A DNA stretch of 64,000 nucleotides. Source: Promethearchaeota archaeon. Its GTDB lineage: Archaea; Asgardarchaeota; Lokiarchaeia; Sigyniarchaeales; SOKP01. The notes below the pieces were generated by a model. That model was not told the DNA's origin, did not search any database, and saw nothing but the letters and a program-made list of their open reading frames with translations. The DNA lies in contig JAHLWS010000068.1 of the NCBI GenBank assembly GCA_019057795.1, forward strand, positions 1 through 64,000, given 5' to 3'. Position numbers and translations under genes: made by a program. Below are positions 59,656 to 64,000 of the stretch, piece after piece. How positions within the stretch are numbered: the stretch's first letter is position 1; each line of letters starts with the position of its first letter.

Positions 59656-59812
59656 CTTACTTAATTTTTTTATTCTCTATATATTTTATAAACAATCATT
59701 TTACAATATTTAACTAAGAAATAAAATAATATTTTTAGTAATTAATTGATTAAGGTTATTTTTAATTTCCCTTCATGGAATTAAAATTTTATTCTATTAT
59801 TGAATTTTATAA

Positions 59813-61018
59813 TTATGAAACAGCAATAGAATACGGATATAACCCTATACCCTCTATCCCATCAACCAATACGGCATTTGGGATTACTTTCTTAATTATA
59901 TTATACCCCGCGTTGACATCGGCGTTCAAAATAATTCCTTTCTTGCTTCGAAATAGCCCCCTGTTAATTCGCTTTCCGGCATAGTTTTTTTGTTTTTGAA
60001 TCGATTCGCTATCTAAAAAACTGCATTTAGAGGTATAAGATTCCTCTTCTAAGATAACATCGATTCCTACTAATTTGGATTTGTATTGAATTTGAGAAAT
60101 CAATTTGAAATAGGGTAGCTGAACGAATCTTTGGTTATTTCTCCGCCCCATGTTTATTTTTTGTTTCCAGAATCGATTATAACCTATAATTATCGTTCCA
60201 AGATTATTATCGACGCAATAATTAATAATTATTCTTGAAATTTTGTGAAATTGGTCGTTAATTTTATTATTTCGCTTTTTAGTTAGTTTTTGAATTCTTC
60301 TCGTTTCAAACGCGATCCCTCGCTTATCTTTAACGCTTTTATATCTTGCTAATTGTTTGTTATAGAACTGATTAATGGCCTTCGCAATACCGCCTTTAAT
60401 AATTGCTGGTTGTAGTCCGGCATTATTTACCATAGTTACGATATTTACCAATCCTAAATCAATCCCTAAAATTCTTTTTTTATCTAACTTTAGATTTTTT
60501 ACGTCTTTCTCGTATATAATCTCTACAACGTAGTATATTCCCTTAGGAACGAGCCTTACCTGATGTAATTGGCTTTTAATTCGCGCTTTTATAGGAGTTA
60601 TGGCTACTTTTTCAGGATAATACAAATAACCTTCCTTGATTCGGCATTGTTGATTAGTGAAAATAAGCACGAACTCTCCGTTCTTCTTCTTATATTTTGG
60701 AGGTCTGGGTCGGCTTTGATACTTTCTTGGTTGAGCCCTCCATTTTTTAAGGGAATTAAAAAACGATTTCAAATTCTTATCAACTAATCTTAATATCTGT
60801 TGGGCTGTTTGTGAGGGAAGTTTCTGATACGCCTCTTTATCTTTTAACATGTACCATAAATCGTAGTATCTTAGCCAGTTTCCTAAATAAAAAAATTCTT
60901 GCCTTACATAATAATTTGCCACATTATAGATATTTTTGGATAAATGGCATAAACACGAGAGGTTTGCTGTCTTTTTTATCTGGATTTGTTCAGTCAGTCT
61001 CATTCCTATGAGTTTCAA
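59813..61018 (-). CDS. tnpB: TnpB RNA-guided endonuclease (IS200/IS605 family, no tnpA)
   Basis: GIDLG, EESYTSK and NADVNAGYNI RuvC motifs; hairpins at 61024-61056 and about 59760-59786. Confidence 0.95.
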   Translation of the reverse strand: MKLIGMRLTEQIQIKKTANLSCLCHLSKNIYNVANYYVRQEFFYLGNWLRYYDLWYMLKDKEAYQKLPSQTAQQILRLVDKNLKSFFNSLKKWRAQPRKYQSRPRPPKYKKKNGEFVLIFTNQQCRIKEGYLYYPEKVAITPIKARIKSQLHQVRLVPKGIYYVVEIIYEKDVKNLKLDKKRILGIDLGLVNIVTMVNNAGLQPAIIKGGIAKAINQFYNKQLARYKSVKDKRGIAFETRRIQKLTKKRNNKINDQFHKISRIIINYCVDNNLGTIIIGYNRFWKQKINMGRRNNQRFVQLPYFKLISQIQYKSKLVGIDVILEEESYTSKCSFLDSESIQKQKNYAGKRINRGLFRSKKGIILNADVNAGYNIIKKVIPNAVLVDGIEGIGLYPYSIAVS

Positions 61019-61192
61019 AAGACATTTACACTAATATAAAACGAGAGGGTGTAAATTTACAGATAATTTAGAGGCATTTTAAGGAATTTGTAAATGAATA
61101 AAAATAAAATAATTGAAATATTATATAATAATTAATTACTTGATTAAATCGAAGATAAAAGTAAAGAATTAATAAAACAAACTTCTAATTAT

Positions 61193-62140
61193 ATGATTTA
61201 TACTATTTTTCTTTATCAAAGCCACACAGGTTTACTGATATACGATAAGAATTTTCAAGAGATAAATGCTGGAAAAATGGAAATGTTTAATTCATTTTTT
61301 TCTACAATAAAATCTTATGTTTCCGAACTAGTACTTGACGGTTCAAAAGAATTAAAAAACGTCGAGCTAGGCGATTATACGGTTTCAATTACTTCGCTCT
61401 CTAAGGTTAAAGTTGATATGGTTATTATCGCTGATAAAGAGGATGCTAAAGTTATAAACAAATTAATTCCTAAGTTAATTAAATTACTTCAGAAGTACGA
61501 ACAACAATTTCTTTCTTGGGATGGGAAAAGCGAAGAATTTAAAATATTGGATCATCCACTTACTGAATTAGTATTAGCAAATGTAAAAGATGTGAAGAAA
61601 ACATTGCTTAAAAGCCCTGAGCAGATACTTAAATCAATATGGCCTCATAAAAAGAAATTAACAGAAGAAGAGTTTGAAAATCTAGTCCAGGAAAGAGATC
61701 TCTTGATTTTTAAGATAGAAAACGCTGTTAATATCCCAAGTAAACTAGCGAAGTCTTAAACGGTTGTAGAGCTTTCAGAAAAATTACAAGATGAGGACAC
61801 ATTTTTGAAATACCAAGGTGAGGTAAGCAAATTTAAAAATGAATTGAAGGATGCAAAGTTCAAATTGAATTATTATTTAAACAAGATCAAGACTTCGCTA
61901 AACGAAGCTATTGATAATTTAGGTAATAACCCAATTCATTTGGGAGATTTTAAAAATTCTTATCTAAATTTGTACTCATTTAGCACAAAATTAAAACTAG
62001 TAAAGGAAAACGGTTGGGAACTTTACCGTGAACTAGCAAGCAAGCTCATTGATAAAGATTCTTTGTCCGATCATGAACTCTCTGAAATCGTTCAAACTTT
62101 ATTAAATATGAGTACTAATGTGGAAGATTATCTAAATTAA
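61193..62140 (+). pseudogene. Longin-like plus helical-domain gene interrupted by one in-frame TAA (61757-61759)
   Basis: ORFs 61193-61759 and 61805-62140 share a frame with open codons between them; the N-terminus TGLLIYDK..MFNSFFSTI is longin-like. Confidence 0.7.
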
Positions 62141-62166
62141 AAATTTTTATGAAGAAAACTTAGCAC

Positions 62167-63366
62167 TTATTTTATGTGTAATTCTATAATATCATTTTCT
62201 TTTAATTCGTAATCTAATCCCACTTTCTTCTTTAATTGTCGAGCATCTTTTCGAATGACTATTGCGTAATCAAAAGACTCAAAAAATTTACGGTGTATTT
62301 TTATGGATACATCTCTTACCGTTGGGATAGGATCAATATCCAAAATTAAAGGTTTTTCAGCAACAACACCCTTATTCATTGTATAAACCTTCATTTTTTT
62401 TAAATGGTTTAAGATCACTTCCCCAAAATTATTGGGAATCACTTTCTTTCTTACGCTTGTCCCAATTATTAGGGGAAATTTATCTGAATACAACTCTTCT
62501 AAGTTATGAAATGTATTTTCTGTTAGCGATAGGTCTCCTTTTGTTCCCAGAATAATTGCTTTTTTATAAACTACGGAAGAATTTAAAGTATCGACAATGT
62601 GGTCGAGAGTAATCTTCCCAAAAACTCTTACAATAGCATTTCGTATACCTCCTGCGTGTGTTATTTCTCTGATTCTTTCAGTCAATTCTTCAATGTTGTT
62701 GTTATTTTTAGATTCACTAGTTAGATAGAATACTTGTATCTTATTGGCTCCCGATTTTTCAATCGTAATTGGAGGAGGGGGCACATTGATTCTTACATGA
62801 GATTTGCTCAGCTCGCTTAAAAGTAAATCCATTTGCTCCTTATAGTCTCGAGATAAATCGACGCAAAAGCACAGTAAATCCGCCGCTCTTAATTGCGATA
62901 TGATTTCTTTACCATTTCCTATTCCAATTGAAGCTCCTTCCATAATCGAAGGCATATCAACAATTTGATAGCGGACTTTATCGTATTCATATATTCCTAT
63001 CTCCGGGATAGATGTGAATTTGCCAATTTTTTCTTTAGCAGCCCCCGTCAATAAATTTAATAGAGAGGTTTTTCCTACACCGGGAGTGTGATAATCGCTT
63101 ATTAATATTACTTGAATGCCTTCCTTTTTAATCGAGAAAGGACTAACCATTTTACTGATGGATTTGACTCGTGCTTTTTCCGAATCTTGTTCTCTCCTAA
63201 GTTTTGCGAGGCGAGATTTATTCAAAGCCACTATTTTTTCTGTAGATTTATGTTTCGGAACTAAAGATAGAAATTCTTCAAGACGTTTTATTTTCTCGTC
63301 TATAGAAGAAGCATCCAGATACTTATTGTATGCTGCTTGAGCTTCAGCCCCAATATTTGAGCTCAT
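62167..63366 (-). CDS. DRG/OBG-family GTPase with TGS domain, atypical G motifs
   Basis: PKHKSTEK, VGKTS, FTS, DMPSIMEGA, TKGD, KKVGLDYEL.END. Confidence 0.9.
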   Translation of the reverse strand: MSSNIGAEAQAAYNKYLDASSIDEKIKRLEEFLSLVPKHKSTEKIVALNKSRLAKLRREQDSEKARVKSISKMVSPFSIKKEGIQVILISDYHTPGVGKTSLLNLLTGAAKEKIGKFTSIPEIGIYEYDKVRYQIVDMPSIMEGASIGIGNGKEIISQLRAADLLCFCVDLSRDYKEQMDLLLSELSKSHVRINVPPPPITIEKSGANKIQVFYLTSESKNNNNIEELTERIREITHAGGIRNAIVRVFGKITLDHIVDTLNSSVVYKKAIILGTKGDLSLTENTFHNLEELYSDKFPLIIGTSVRKKVIPNNFGEVILNHLKKMKVYTMNKGVVAEKPLILDIDPIPTVRDVSIKIHRKFFESFDYAIVIRKDARQLKKKVGLDYELKENDIIELHIK

Positions 63367-63378
63367 AAAGATAATACC

Positions 63379-63834
63379 TTAAAAAATTGATCGAAATCTA
63401 TCTTCCGTTTTTAATTTCAAATCTCCTATGATATCGTCGACACGGCTTTCAAATTTCTTAAAGAATTTTTCTTTTTTTGAAAAAATATCATTAAGAGAAT
63501 ATCTATTAAGAAAATGCGATTCAATTTCTTCTAGATGTCTTTTAACGATCCCTGAGTCCGTTTCTTTTTCGGTAATAGCAAAAGAAATCAATGGTTGTTT
63601 ATTTGATTCATCATTTGGTAATGAAATTAATTCACAATAACAGACTAGTTTAAACGAGGCTAAAGAAATAACATTAATATCATCTCCAAAGACTTCTGTT
63701 GTGAAGCTTTCAAGAGCAGATAGAAATCCCGCCCTCAATTCTGGGTCTAACCCCACTCCGGTATCTGAATCGTAATATCTTATGTTTAGGATATTACGTA
63801 TGCCTAAATTTATACCAAGTTCTAAAATAGCCAT
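63379..63834 (-). CDS. Longin-like domain protein
   Basis: LRAGFLSALESFTTEVFG..I..I..FAI..L..I..F pattern. Confidence 0.7.
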   Translation of the reverse strand: MAILELGINLGIRNILNIRYYDSDTGVGLDPELRAGFLSALESFTTEVFGDDINVISLASFKLVCYCELISLPNDESNKQPLISFAITEKETDSGIVKRHLEEIESHFLNRYSLNDIFSKKEKFFKKFESRVDDIIGDLKLKTEDRFRSIF

Positions 63835-64000
63835 ATTTTTAAAAATTTCTTAATTTTTAAGATTGGGATAAAATTTAATCCTAAGCATATTAGGTCGTAG
63901 ATATATTAATAATTTAACTTATATTTTTAACTATTTAATAGACCATTTTTGATTCCGTTTTTATATGATTTTTTCGTTTATAAGAATGGTCTATTGTAAC

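Noticed and set aside
18236-62140. TAA stop-codon reassignment suggested by in-frame TAA at 18251, 18548, 20834 and 61757
   Set aside because: Many conserved genes here (cas1, cas7, cas3, tnpB, DRG-like) end properly at TAA; mutation or sequencing error is more parsimonious.
4737-63640. Short antisense or overlapping ORFs in the track (for example 8307-8519, 9162-9512, 14781-15536, 28805-30244, 34210-34495, 42779-43126, 54257-54610, 60569-61011)
   Set aside because: Shadow frames of well-supported genes, with no motifs.

Overview
AT-rich archaeal DNA, most likely from an Asgard archaeon (Lokiarchaeia-like). That assignment is inferred from longin-like genes, a DRG-like GTPase, a cyclin/TFB-like protein, a COG1202 helicase, an MtrH homolog and GGTGA ribosome-binding sites. 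Bases 1-13.9 kb hold a type I-B CRISPR-Cas locus. It has the leader end of a 37-bp-repeat array (minus strand) and an unusual adaptation cluster: DUF2797-like gene, cas1, cas2, cas4 and a beta-CASP nuclease. A hidden two-repeat mini-array precedes the interference operon (split cas8b/cas11, cas7, cas5, cas3, cas6). Bases 14.2-15.8 kb are a frameshifted IS with 33-bp inverted repeats. Bases 16-44 kb are a compositional mosaic containing GNAT/GNAT/ThiF genes, candidate defence genes (TM-HNH, REase-UDG-SDH protease, ApeA-like HEPN), a five-gene membrane cluster built around a pseudo-HerA/VirB4 ATPase, a beta-helix surface protein and a Hel308-like helicase with a SWIM insertion. Bases 44-64 kb contain GH20, an acyltransferase, a PAS protein, a candidate structured RNA, a 5.6-kb corrinoid methyltransferase island bounded by perfect 34-bp direct repeats, a COG1202 helicase, TnpB and a longin-DRG-longin cluster. 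Best novelty candidates are the extended adaptation module with its mini-array, the pseudo-ATPase membrane cluster, and cargo insertions bounded by duplicated promoter-like sequences. All family calls come from motif recognition by eye; no searches were run.
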